Part shown: one piece after another, positions 18,883 through 28,244 of the stretch
Numbering within the stretch: the stretch's first letter is position 1
Layout: the number at the start of each line of letters is the position of its first letter
DNA from: a virus
Lineage: Duplodnaviria; Caudoviricetes
DNA length: 64,000 nucleotides
Virus record (IMG/VR): IMGVR_UViG_3300014204_013734
Coordinates: 1 to 64,000 of that record
Reading direction: 5' to 3' (one strand)
Position numbers and translations under genes: made by a program
Notes under the pieces: generated by a model
The model's database searches: none
The model's input: the letters and a program-made list of their open reading frames with translations, nothing else
What the model was told of the DNA's origin: nothing

Positions 18883-19512
18883 TCATTCCGGGAATCCCGA
18901 TGCCGTCCTAACATCTTCTGCCAAGTTAGCCAGAATGGCCAGAACGGTAGACACATCCATGACGGACACGGATCCCGTCGAGAAAAATTTGACAGGGGAC
19001 CGTGTCCCATTACTTCCGGGGAAAGGCACTGAAGCGAACGCACAAGATTTTGAGGATTCTGAATCTGTAAAGGCCATTTCCAACCTATCTTCTTCGCAGT
19101 ATTCACGTACGTAGCGGAATGTCCATCCGGGACAAAAAGACAGTGCCTTCCGGGCTTTATCAAAAGCACCCCTATTTTCCAGAGTAGCTAAAACAGCATC
19201 CCGCGACACACGTTCGTCAAGCAGATATTCCGTTTTGGAAATGGTTTCCTTAACGAAGGAAAGGGTTCCCAAAGCCCTTTCAAATGTCCTGGAAGGATAG
19301 AACTCCGTTTCGGGAAAACGGGGAGACACCACGAACATGTGATGCCCGTTTGGCATGGTTCGTTCAACCATTACGCTGCATACTCGAACAGTTGGAGTGC
19401 CGCAAAGGACTTCAATCACAGGTCCGATTGAACTCTTTACTACATCGTAGGGGATTCCTTCCTTGTCCAGAAGGGCGGACAGTTCAGACTGTTTCTTTTT
19501 TCTGCTGCTCAT
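18883..19512 (-). CDS. Paralog family C member
   Basis: LSALLDKEGI...LENRGAFDKA...SVPFP. Confidence 0.75.
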   Translation of the reverse strand: MSSRKKKQSELSALLDKEGIPYDVVKSSIGPVIEVLCGTPTVRVCSVMVERTMPNGHHMFVVSPRFPETEFYPSRTFERALGTLSFVKETISKTEYLLDERVSRDAVLATLENRGAFDKARKALSFCPGWTFRYVREYCEEDRLEMAFTDSESSKSCAFASVPFPGSNGTRSPVKFFSTGSVSVMDVSTVLAILANLAEDVRTASGFPE

Positions 19513-19535
19513 TTATTTTTCCTTTGGTTTTGCCC

Positions 19536-19928
19536 TCAGAATACTTTTGTTTCTACCAGTCCATCAAATAAGTCTTGCAACGCCTGGTCCGGCCGAATGA
19601 CTTTCACTGGACGGGGTTGGGTGATACGAAGTTCATTGGCCCGGGTAGCAATGAACTCTGAAAGATCCTTTAGGTCACGTATGTTTTCTGTCTTCAACCG
19701 GTTTTTGATGGCCTGCTTGGCAGCGTTGAAACGGACAAGGTCAAGGTTAGGTCCAAACAAAAGTTGTACGCGGTCATCGTTTTGTGACAATTTGGCGTCA
19801 AGAAAACCGGTTTCCGGGCAAAGGAGCAGTACCCCCACATTGACACATTCCAAACGTGCCGGGTCGGGGCAATATTGGATTAGGCTGTAGTAGCTTTTCA
19901 GGGTTTTCAGAGTGCTTCCCTTTGACAT
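19536..19928 (-). CDS. DUF3037-family protein
   Basis: YYSLIQYCPD.AR.ECVNVGVLL...ITQPRPV...L..LF..LV. Confidence 0.75.
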   Translation of the reverse strand: MSKGSTLKTLKSYYSLIQYCPDPARLECVNVGVLLLCPETGFLDAKLSQNDDRVQLLFGPNLDLVRFNAAKQAIKNRLKTENIRDLKDLSEFIATRANELRITQPRPVKVIRPDQALQDLFDGLVETKVF

Positions 19929-19942
19929 CGGATATTTTCCTT

Positions 19943-20332
19943 TCAGGTGTTACCCAAAGCCCCCGGCAGGGCGATTGCAAGATCCAAAGCTTCTTCCGTA
20001 TGGGTCCTGATTTTTTCGGCTAATTCCGCAACGGCCTTTCTGATTTCCTCATCATCAACACCGGGCGGTCTTTCAACGGGAAACAGGATGTCGGACATGT
20101 GAACAAAGACGGAAAAGAATGGGAATCTGCTTTCAAGATCGCGGGCAGCATACGCCTTGGAGAAAGCTTCTTCAAACTCGGCAATTTCTTCCGGGTTGGC
20201 CCCTTTGTCAGAAGTGAAACCCCATTCTTCGGCTAGGTCTTTCTTGAATTCGTTCGGGTCCGTGTAGGCCCCAGGGTTTTCGACGGGGATCAATGTCCGT
20301 CGTCCAACGGGTGAGGGGTTTGTTTTTTGCAT
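19943..20332 (-). CDS. Hypothetical protein
   Basis: 129 aa; AAGGA RBS. Confidence 0.65.
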   Translation of the reverse strand: MQKTNPSPVGRRTLIPVENPGAYTDPNEFKKDLAEEWGFTSDKGANPEEIAEFEEAFSKAYAARDLESRFPFFSVFVHMSDILFPVERPPGVDDEEIRKAVAELAEKIRTHTEEALDLAIALPGALGNT

Positions 20333-20388
20333 GCTTCAAAAAATCCTTCCTTCTTTCTTTAACCAATCCCAAAAACGATTCTGATTCG

Positions 20389-20745
20389 TCACGGGGCAAC
20401 CTTTTCCGGTTTGTTGTCAAAATTAATGTACGGTTGGTCACAGGGGATTTTGGTGTTCTTCACCAAAAATCCTTTAACAGAAACCCCGCGGTAATTTTCA
20501 TCCTGATTGTTTATCACGAGACCGACCCCTAAAGCACCTTCCAGCGTATTGACTCCGATATTCTCTGGCCATGCGCAGGCCCTGATAATTTCACCGGTGT
20601 CCCGGTCCGTGATGACATGGATCAACCACGTCGTGCGAATCCGTTCTTCTTCCTGGAATTGCTGGTTCCGCTTCGACCAGTTACTGTCTGGCGCGCAAGC
20701 GACGCACATCATGGCCAGAAGCATAACGAAAATCAAGTACTTCAT
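20389..20745 (-). CDS. Putative lipoprotein
   Basis: Signal peptide ending in a lipobox-like VAC. Confidence 0.55.
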   Translation of the reverse strand: MKYLIFVMLLAMMCVACAPDSNWSKRNQQFQEEERIRTTWLIHVITDRDTGEIIRACAWPENIGVNTLEGALGVGLVINNQDENYRGVSVKGFLVKNTKIPCDQPYINFDNKPEKVAP

Positions 20746-21482
20746 GGGAGGTTTACCTTTTCCGCAGGTTTCAGATAATCCAGGTATCTGGCAATCAGAT
20801 TTTCGTTTAGGGTCGCGGTCGTTTCAATCGTTCCGTCCTGACTGTGGAAGCAGGGTTCGTCAAGCTTCCTGATGCCCAAACCTTGCGTTGACGAACTCTT
20901 CGCATATTCATATTTCCCTCGGAGGTTGTTGAAAAACAAGACCGACAGTCCGTTGTCTTGTACCATGTCGGATGGTTTGTTTTTTTCACAGGCATACTGG
21001 ATGATACCCGTGGCGTTGTCCTTGATGGCGTACAAGCCCCACACCTCAGAAGACTTCTTTGCGGCAATTACGGCGAGTTCCCCAACCGCCGACAGTTTCT
21101 TTTCCGTGCCGGTCACTTTTTGCCCGTCAATCGCTTGTGGGTCAAGCCTTTTGGCCAAGGAGGTTGGTTGTGGGAGATACCAAACCTTGAAGACATCTTC
21201 TTCGGTTGGTACGACCATCAAACCAACATAAAGGATGCCAAACCAGAGGGAAAAAACGGAAGCTAACGGACAGAAAATCCATAAAGCATTCTTCTTTTCT
21301 TTGGCATTCATCACATTCTTAGGCTTCTCGGGAGCTGTAATGGTGCCTGTGAAAAAAATGCACCCTGCGGTTATCCAGAAGAAGAGTGACATGATAGCCG
21401 CAATGACAACGGCAATTGTCATGCCGATCTTGATTTCATCAAGCCGCAAGAGTAACAAAGACACGAATTCAAGGGAAGTCAT
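20742..21482 (-). CDS. Membrane protein
   Basis: Two TM segments; I.D..TG.I..AC shared with 20389-20745. Confidence 0.65.
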   Translation of the reverse strand: MTSLEFVSLLLLRLDEIKIGMTIAVVIAAIMSLFFWITAGCIFFTGTITAPEKPKNVMNAKEKKNALWIFCPLASVFSLWFGILYVGLMVVPTEEDVFKVWYLPQPTSLAKRLDPQAIDGQKVTGTEKKLSAVGELAVIAAKKSSEVWGLYAIKDNATGIIQYACEKNKPSDMVQDNGLSVLFFNNLRGKYEYAKSSSTQGLGIRKLDEPCFHSQDGTIETTATLNENLIARYLDYLKPAEKVNLP

Positions 21483-21486
21483 GGTT

Positions 21487-22152
21487 TTAGTTCCTTTGTG
21501 TTGAAAGTACCTGAAATGCGTCTTCCGCCATGTTCTGAAGAATGGTCAAGACCTTGATGAGTTCTCCGATAGAAATCAGATTCCAGTCATTGACGTTTAC
21601 ACGGGATTTGGTCCCGTTATCAAAACCGTCAATATCCGGAAATGGAACGGAAACTGAAATTCTCTTTGTGATGCCGTCGTCAATGACCACAGAAACCATT
21701 TCCAGCCATCCCATATCTTCGTCTCCTTTCTGACGGGTGTAACAGGGCAGCCATCGAAGACACAGTGACACATCGGATTGGATGGCATTTTGAGCCCGAT
21801 CAAACACACCCGCGTTTTCCAGGACAGTGACGGCCCGCGCTGAATCAATATTGTATTTTTCCTGGATGTCCAGGATCGGGTCTGCCTCAGCAAGGATTTC
21901 TTTGACAAAAGAAATGGCTCTTTGGTCTTTGACGAAGCCTCGGGTTGGAGCAGAATGATGAGGGATGTGTGTGTTCACCATAAGGCTCCCCCGATCATGA
22001 ATCCACAGGTGTGCTACAACCCATGTAGGATATTTTTTTGACGGGATCTCAATTATTGTTCCGTCCGAAACCTTTTTCTCTTGGTAAAGGATGCCCTCTT
22101 GGGTCAGGAGAAGGGAAAGGTCTTGGAATCGCTTGCTCTTGGTTCTTCTCAT
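21487..22152 (-). CDS. Paralog family C member
   Basis: LSLLLTQEGI...LENAGVFDRA...SVPFP. Confidence 0.75.
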   Translation of the reverse strand: MRRTKSKRFQDLSLLLTQEGILYQEKKVSDGTIIEIPSKKYPTWVVAHLWIHDRGSLMVNTHIPHHSAPTRGFVKDQRAISFVKEILAEADPILDIQEKYNIDSARAVTVLENAGVFDRAQNAIQSDVSLCLRWLPCYTRQKGDEDMGWLEMVSVVIDDGITKRISVSVPFPDIDGFDNGTKSRVNVNDWNLISIGELIKVLTILQNMAEDAFQVLSTQRN

Positions 22153-22168
22153 GTACGGAACTCCTTGT

Positions 22169-22894
22169 CTATTGGACCAACACGGGCATTCTGGCCACAG
22201 TAAGCATTTCGTCACAGATGCCAGCAAGTGTGTGGAACTCCAGAAGCACAAATGTCAGTTCATCAAGGGACTGGACGTTTTCAATGTGGACAAGCCCCTC
22301 TACCGTGCGGCACAGGGTCCGGTCGGCAACGAACGGGAACTGTACCGTGATTTCTGGATTAAGTTGTCTGCCAGGGATGGCTTTGGACACTTTCAGGTCT
22401 CCATACCGGTTTGCTATTCTAAATACCGACCCCGGTATGTATTCTGCTACCCACCCCATGGCTGCCAAACGAACGGCGGGCGCAGTCGAAGCCAAGTTTG
22501 CCAGTAATCCGCTGATGTTTTTGTAGTGGGTGTTCCACGCTAAAACAATGTTTTTCTCTTCTTCTATTTTCGCGAGAAGCTCCGTTACCCGCTTGACCGC
22601 AGACGCGAGATGCGTGCACCGCGTAGTCCGAACCAAATTCCCGGAACCGAACATTTCGGTAACGTAATAGGGTTTGTCAAGCTGTTCTGCTTGACAAAAA
22701 TTAAGCTTTTTTCTTTTGAATTCAATGGTACATCTGACGTATGACGTGATGTAGTCAGAAGGCTGCTTCGGTATGCAGAAACAGTTCTCAAAACGCTTAT
22801 AAGCGATTCCCTGGGCATTCAAAGCTGCTTCAAGTTCATCCAACTGTTTCTTGACGATTTCGGGTCGCGTCATCATGTTCAACCTTTCCAACAT
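22169..22894 (-). CDS. Paralog family C-like member
   Basis: ELEAALNAQGI; close to 22902-23573. Confidence 0.7.
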   Translation of the reverse strand: MLERLNMMTRPEIVKKQLDELEAALNAQGIAYKRFENCFCIPKQPSDYITSYVRCTIEFKRKKLNFCQAEQLDKPYYVTEMFGSGNLVRTTRCTHLASAVKRVTELLAKIEEEKNIVLAWNTHYKNISGLLANLASTAPAVRLAAMGWVAEYIPGSVFRIANRYGDLKVSKAIPGRQLNPEITVQFPFVADRTLCRTVEGLVHIENVQSLDELTFVLLEFHTLAGICDEMLTVARMPVLVQ

Positions 22895-22901
22895 CGGAAA
22901 C

Positions 22902-23573
22902 TCAGTCAGGAATCTGAATGATGGCGTCACATTCCTCAACGAAACTTAAAAAGACGGATGTAACCAACGCCAGTTCTTTGATAGAGAGGGGATTCAACAA
23001 AGCCTGTTTGGTCAAATACGCTTCGGAGGCAGGGTGCCTCTCACCGTCCATGATGGACGGGAACCGAAGCCCAATTGACATTGATTCCTTGAAGTTGGTG
23101 AATTCATTCCGGTATACTTCCAAGATTCCGTAGTCGCAAAGACCTTCTCGGAAGTTGTAACGTGCTGTCCATCCAGAACCCAAAAGACGGACGTTGGTCA
23201 CGTCCAACACCTCTGAAAGACTTTCCGCGATCTGTTTGTTGCGGTCCATCCATGTCGTTTCAAGAGTCTTCCGTTCCTGGTTTTGGGCTAACAGCTTAAC
23301 TACATGGGCGGCAGCAAGGTTCATGTTCTTGAACCTAACCGGTTTTTCAGATCCTTGTAGGTCAGATACCTTGTATCTGGGTTGATCCAGAATTTCTTCT
23401 CTAGATCCGTGCTTTTGTAGGCCAAATTCAGCCCGACAACGGACGTTGACCTGATATTTGTTGGGAATGTGGAAGCAACTGCCCGTGCAATCCCCGGTAA
23501 TGCCTTTGGCGGCAAGGGCTGTTGCCAATTCCTTTATCCAGTTTTCCAGGATTTCGTTCCGGTCAATCTTCAT
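22902..23573 (-). CDS. Paralog family C-like member
   Basis: ELATALAAKGI...VRC..EF...LD.P.Y.V. Confidence 0.7.
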   Translation of the reverse strand: MKIDRNEILENWIKELATALAAKGITGDCTGSCFHIPNKYQVNVRCRAEFGLQKHGSREEILDQPRYKVSDLQGSEKPVRFKNMNLAAAHVVKLLAQNQERKTLETTWMDRNKQIAESLSEVLDVTNVRLLGSGWTARYNFREGLCDYGILEVYRNEFTNFKESMSIGLRFPSIMDGERHPASEAYLTKQALLNPLSIKELALVTSVFLSFVEECDAIIQIPD

Positions 23574-23605
23574 TTTGGATGCCCTTTCCTGTTCCACACG
23601 TAAGG

Positions 23606-23634
23606 ACTACCGGAATCGCATCCTTTCCAAGCCG
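23606..23634 (-). promoter_or_regulatory. Phage promoter motif
   Basis: Motif with exact spacing. Confidence 0.75.
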
Positions 23635-23743
23635 GAATCTGTTTACTTGAATTGGTTGAAGAACCAGTTCACCCCGAAGATGAAAAGCATAGTGAAAACA
23701 ACCATTAAGGTAAAACGTGTACCGGGGTCCATGAAAAGCCGCC

Positions 23744-24370
23744 TTAGCGGTGTTTCTGGCCCGTCAGGCCGATGTCATCAACCATGCCGGGCCATTCTTC
23801 AAGAAGGAACAGTCTTGACTTCTTCGTCATATAGCATCGAAATTCCTTCGGGGGGATGTCTGGAATCGTGTCGTACATGAGCTTTTTCCAGACTCGGACG
23901 GAAAGTCGGCTGGCTTCAATTTCCCATGCAAGTTGAACAGACAACCGTTTCCCATAACCCGGAAGGTGCCGGATCGGGTTGTTGTAGAATTTCCATTGGA
24001 TGGCGTGGGATAATTCATGCGCTAGCGTGGCTACAAACTGCCAGGACGGCATGAAACATGTTCCGTCTTCTTCTGGTATGGAAAGAAGACAGATTTCCCC
24101 TGGTTTGTCTTTTTTCCAGTACTGGAACCAACCGCTACCCGACTCTTCGTCGCCAGGGGTCATTGTGAATTTGCAATTGTAGAAGGCGCATAGACGTTCG
24201 GCGTCCCTGACCCACTTTAAGGGAAAAGGCCCGAAACCAGGCGTCCCCTTCCATCGTTTTGATTCCGTATAGGGTCGGAGCTTCCATCCAGGTGGGGCGA
24301 CGATCATTGCCGTCATGACATCAAGACGGATCTTCGGGTGCAAATCCCACAATGTGGGGAATGGTTTCAT
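23744..24370 (-). CDS. Putative zinc metallopeptidase-like protein
   Basis: TLAHELSH...WEIEA. Confidence 0.6.
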   Translation of the reverse strand: MKPFPTLWDLHPKIRLDVMTAMIVAPPGWKLRPYTESKRWKGTPGFGPFPLKWVRDAERLCAFYNCKFTMTPGDEESGSGWFQYWKKDKPGEICLLSIPEEDGTCFMPSWQFVATLAHELSHAIQWKFYNNPIRHLPGYGKRLSVQLAWEIEASRLSVRVWKKLMYDTIPDIPPKEFRCYMTKKSRLFLLEEWPGMVDDIGLTGQKHR

Positions 24371-24600
24371 CGGTTGTTTTTCAACCTGTGTTGTGTCAAG
24401 TGTTCTTCCACTTCATCCTTGGACGCGAACCAAGGATGAAGACCCTTGACGGGTTTTCCGTCCACGCCGTAAGCAATCTTGCCGCATCGAAGCGTCTTGA
24501 AGCAACTGCCTCGGGGGAAGTCTGTATCACTGTTGATGATCCAAACTTCCCCTTCCTGTAATTCGGGATGCTCCGATTGGTCATACCCTTTTTGGGCCAT
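24367..24600 (-). CDS. Hypothetical protein
   Basis: 77 aa coupled ORF. Confidence 0.6.
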   Translation of the reverse strand: MAQKGYDQSEHPELQEGEVWIINSDTDFPRGSCFKTLRCGKIAYGVDGKPVKGLHPWFASKDEVEEHLTQHRLKNNR

Positions 24601-24673
24601 CCTATGTCCCCCTTGGTTTCAAACGGTAAATGGCCAGACGATTTTGCCTAGCCATTACCATTTCAATGATAGT

Positions 24674-25303
24674 TCAAATAGTGGCCATACCGTCTTCAAG
24701 GCCAACCACCTGACGCAGTTCCTTTTCCCTGGCAATCATACCGTGGATGTTCTTCTGGATTTTATCCTCAATCCAACACCCGAGCTCATGATACCCTTGG
24801 GCGGAAATGATGCTTCCCCTGGCGACCATGATTTGGACCAAGGGCATCACCAGATTGATTGTTTCCTTGATGTATTTCTTCAGCCAATCCGGATCCGTGA
24901 CGATGTCAAAATCGTCGGTATTTGCGATCCGGTCCATCAACTTGATGGCAATGATGTTGGGATGGGCATGTTGCAACATGGCGAAATATATCTCGGGGTT
25001 CGTTTCCCCGAGCTTCGTTTTGGACAACATGGCAACGGCCCCGGCGACCCAATGGCCGAACTTGCCAACCATTTCATCCCAGGAAAACAAAGGAGAATCC
25101 TCTCGCACATCATGCAGGAGGGCCGCACATTTGTCCCGGGTAGCGAAAAAGAACGGAGCCTCTTCCATCAGATTCAGTACCCGAAGGGGATGCGTGTAGA
25201 AGGGGGCATTCGTATTTCGCCGAATTTGACCGGCATGCATCTTTTTCATGTAGCTGATGCACGCCAGAAGAGTATCGTCCCGCACTTTTATGCTTCCTGA
25301 CAT
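24674..25303 (-). CDS. HD-domain protein, small alarmone hydrolase (RelA/SpoT hydrolase, Mesh1-like)
   Basis: HAGQIR..TNAPFYTHP..V; AALLHDVRED; IKLMDRIAN. Confidence 0.8.
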   Translation of the reverse strand: MSGSIKVRDDTLLACISYMKKMHAGQIRRNTNAPFYTHPLRVLNLMEEAPFFFATRDKCAALLHDVREDSPLFSWDEMVGKFGHWVAGAVAMLSKTKLGETNPEIYFAMLQHAHPNIIAIKLMDRIANTDDFDIVTDPDWLKKYIKETINLVMPLVQIMVARGSIISAQGYHELGCWIEDKIQKNIHGMIAREKELRQVVGLEDGMATI

Positions 25304-25307
25304 GGTT

Positions 25308-25508
25308 TTATCCTGTCTTGGTATGGAATGCCTGACTATACAACAACAAAAAGTTTGAAGATTTCGCTTCCTTGCACTGTTCATTCGTCACTTCTTCGTA
25401 TGGGATTCCGTACATTTCCGCAGCACACGCCCGATGGAAGTCCGCTTGATCTTGTTTCTGGTTTTTTAGAATCCGATGCAGGTCGGTGACGGTCAACTTG
25501 ATGGTCAT
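25308..25508 (-). CDS. Stand-alone family A DNA polymerase motif B (O-helix) fragment
   Basis: DFHRACAAEMYGIPYEEVTNEQCKEAKSSNFLLLY. Confidence 0.6.
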   Translation of the reverse strand: MTIKLTVTDLHRILKNQKQDQADFHRACAAEMYGIPYEEVTNEQCKEAKSSNFLLLYSQAFHTKTG

Positions 25509-25651
25509 TTGATTTCTTTCTTCACTTTCAAAAGCATCACAAGGTTAGCGGCCACAAGAGACATGACCGCTAATGAAAAGCAGACTAAAAACTGGTGAAG
25601 AAATTCCAAGACTGCTTCCATTTTTGTTTCCTTTCCGTATCCTCTACAAAG

Positions 25652-25680
25652 ACTACCCGTCAGGAAGGTTTTACAAGCCG
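25652..25680 (-). promoter_or_regulatory. Phage promoter motif (GGGTAGT variant)
   Basis: Motif with exact spacing. Confidence 0.7.
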
Positions 25681-25745
25681 GATAAGGGAAAGGGTCCTGG
25701 TCTTTTAAACCAGGACCCTTTTCAAAAAGTACGGAACCAAGAGGA

Positions 25746-26516
25746 TTATTTTGATTCCGTGTCGTCCCCGGAAAATATGAAGGTCGTGTTGGGAGGTTCC
25801 TCCCCGTGGCGTTGAATGGTTAAACTGATGCCGGAAGCATCGGCAACCTGCCAGTCAGCATTGGGCCATTCAGAATCGCCATTATCCTTCTTCTGGAGAA
25901 GGAGTGTTTGTTCGGGGGCTGTCTTGTCTACGAACAGCACCATGGACCCTTCGGAAGCGTCAAACAATCGCGTATCAAGTTGAGTGAACCACGGGGGTTC
26001 CTCTCGGGTGTCAGGGCTGTCGCTGATTTGTGCTCTAGCCTTGGAAATAGAATCGTTGATGTTCCATTCCGACAGATTCTTTTCCAAAAGTTCTTGGAGG
26101 ACATGGAGAATCTCGTGGGTTACGGAATCTGACGCAATTTCCGCCCAATCCAGGTCATTTGACATAGCACAGGACCAAAAAGTAGCGTCCAGGTTGAGAA
26201 GGATGTGTCCCGTCGGTATGCGGTCCGGGTTTTCCTCCTTGACCGAACCGATTTCATACGCACCCCATCCAGGCATGTCGTGATCAGATTGGGTGATGGC
26301 CAGACGGAACCGGGTCGGTTTGGGCAGGGACCCATCAGAAACCCCTTTCAGGAATGTTTCGGCTTCTTCCCGACAGGAAGCCTTTCCATCAAGAAGGTTC
26401 TGAATGGTTTTCAAGGCGGCCGCCAACCGTGCTTCTGTCGCGTCCTCCTTCTCGTCAAGAAGGTTTCGGATGATATTCAGGGATGCTGCCAACTGTGTTT
26501 CTTTCGTGTCATCCAT
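25746..26516 (-). CDS. Hypothetical protein with HExxH motif
   Basis: VTHEILH; N-terminal LAA.L..I.NLLD.K duplicated. Confidence 0.65.
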   Translation of the reverse strand: MDDTKETQLAASLNIIRNLLDEKEDATEARLAAALKTIQNLLDGKASCREEAETFLKGVSDGSLPKPTRFRLAITQSDHDMPGWGAYEIGSVKEENPDRIPTGHILLNLDATFWSCAMSNDLDWAEIASDSVTHEILHVLQELLEKNLSEWNINDSISKARAQISDSPDTREEPPWFTQLDTRLFDASEGSMVLFVDKTAPEQTLLLQKKDNGDSEWPNADWQVADASGISLTIQRHGEEPPNTTFIFSGDDTESK

Positions 26517-27094
26517 TATGGTTGTCCCTTTTGCTGCAACATGTTCATCCACAGAATACCTTGTTCTTCAGCGTCGGTCAAGGCTTCGTGATTGTGTTTC
26601 GGGCATCCGGCGAACCATTCTTTCGGAAGGTTCCTTTTACCCGTGTTCCGAAACGGAAGGCCTAGTCTGTCACTTGCGATTGACTTCAGACAAAGCCCGC
26701 TGTGGCTGAACGGGGACTTTCCGGTGAACTTGATCAGATACCAGAAGATGAACATGAAGTCCCAGGTAGCCGGCCATCCGACGAACACGGGTTTGCCGGG
26801 AAGACTTTCAAGCCATTCGGTGAAGTCCTTCATGACTTCTTCCGGCGGTCGGGCGTCGGCACGGGCTTTGGCCCATGCCTCAGGCCGTTTTGACCACCAC
26901 TCCATCGTTTTCGGGTCTCCGGAAGCTCCTGGAAGGGTGTCCAGGTTGGCTGAAAAGTCCCAAAAACGATTCCAATTACCGCCGGTCTTCACCTGGAAAG
27001 AAACGGCGCCGAAGGACAACATGGAATGGGGGCCGGGAATGGGTCCGTCGGCCTCCACGTCCACGCTGACGAAAATTTCGTCATTTTTCGTCAT
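26516..27094 (-). CDS. DEDDh 3'-5' exonuclease (RNase AS/Rv2179c-like)
   Basis: SVDVEADGPIPG..SMLSFG; WDFMF; HEALTDA. Confidence 0.85.
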   Translation of the reverse strand: MTKNDEIFVSVDVEADGPIPGPHSMLSFGAVSFQVKTGGNWNRFWDFSANLDTLPGASGDPKTMEWWSKRPEAWAKARADARPPEEVMKDFTEWLESLPGKPVFVGWPATWDFMFIFWYLIKFTGKSPFSHSGLCLKSIASDRLGLPFRNTGKRNLPKEWFAGCPKHNHEALTDAEEQGILWMNMLQQKGQP

Positions 27095-27372
27095 GACCAG
27101 ACGACCACGGCGGGGGAAACCTTAAGCTTGAGGGACTTGGATGCCGCGACCTGGACAGCCTCGCCGGTCTTCGGGTTACGCCCGATACGTGCTTCCTTGG
27201 AAACCGGTTGGAAGACGCCAAGACCAACGACCGGGACCGCCACGTCTTCCTTCAGGGTCTTGGTCGTAACCGTGGAAACGAAGGCCTCCAGGATCATGCT
27301 GACTACCTTGGCATCCACGCCCGTTTTGACGCTGATTGCATTCAGGAGTTCATGTTTTCCGAGTTTCTGCAT
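27091..27372 (-). CDS. hup: HU/IHF-family DNA-binding protein
   Basis: GLGVF...ARIGRNPKTGEAVQVAAS. Confidence 0.9.
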   Translation of the reverse strand: MQKLGKHELLNAISVKTGVDAKVVSMILEAFVSTVTTKTLKEDVAVPVVGLGVFQPVSKEARIGRNPKTGEAVQVAASKSLKLKVSPAVVVWS

Positions 27373-27432
27373 TGTAATTCCTCTTGTCGTTTGGGTGAAG
27401 AAAGCGGGTGCTTCCCGCTACGGTAAAAGTAC

Positions 27433-27759
27433 TCAGGGTTTCAGGGCCAACAGCCGATCAATTTCTGCGGCAATCAAGGCTCCTGCTTTTTCAAGGTGAC
27501 GGATACGGTCCTTTTGGGTCATGTCAAGGGGATCTTTTTTAACTGGTTTCCACCAAGACAAACCCCAAGGGAAAAGACGTTCCCCATCTGTGACCCATCC
27601 CCTGCGATTTTCCGCTGGGAATGGTTCTCCATGTTGAATGTAAGCCACTGCGGCAGTGGCCATTTCGCCTTTGACGTGTTCCGCATCATGTTCGGCAGAC
27701 CAACCCTCTTCCTCTACCTGCCGTTTACGTTCGGCAGCGATCCGTTCAATACCAGTCAT
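27433..27759 (-). CDS. Conserved phage protein
   Basis: IAAERKRQVEEEGWSAEHD...LEKAGALIAAEIDRL. Confidence 0.75.
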   Translation of the reverse strand: MTGIERIAAERKRQVEEEGWSAEHDAEHVKGEMATAAVAYIQHGEPFPAENRRGWVTDGERLFPWGLSWWKPVKKDPLDMTQKDRIRHLEKAGALIAAEIDRLLALKP

Positions 27760-27773
27760 TCCCTTTTTTCCTT

Positions 27774-28034
27774 TCAGCGTTTTAGGAACCGGGTAGCCGT
27801 CTGCCATCCGGAAGACAGGATTTTCTGTCCGTCTTTAGATACCCATCCCTTGTCCATGGCATGCTGCAAATAAACACTCGGTGTCCAAGGACTTGATCCC
27901 GATTGTTGCAACGGACCTAGCATCTTATTGGATTTGAGATACGCGTCGCACCAGTCAACCATGAATTTGCGGGTCATCTGGTCAATGAAAAGTTGCTCGT
28001 TGGTGTTTGGTTCATTAGCAGTTGGTTTAGGCAT
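27774..28034 (-). CDS. Hypothetical protein
   Basis: 86 aa ORF. Confidence 0.6.
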   Translation of the reverse strand: MPKPTANEPNTNEQLFIDQMTRKFMVDWCDAYLKSNKMLGPLQQSGSSPWTPSVYLQHAMDKGWVSKDGQKILSSGWQTATRFLKR

Positions 28035-28244
28035 GTCAATTACCCTTGCTTTTCTTCGTCCAGAACCCGCAAAAGATCTGCAATGACCAAAACCATTGGA
28101 AGCAGCTTTTTTACTACGGAGTCTGGAATTTCCCTAAGCCCCCTGCAACAATCCCTATTCGGACAAAAGGGGCTTTCATCAGCCCACGAAGCGCCACAGA
28201 ACGAACAAAAATTTTCCATAGGTTAGACCCTCCTTTCCATGTCT

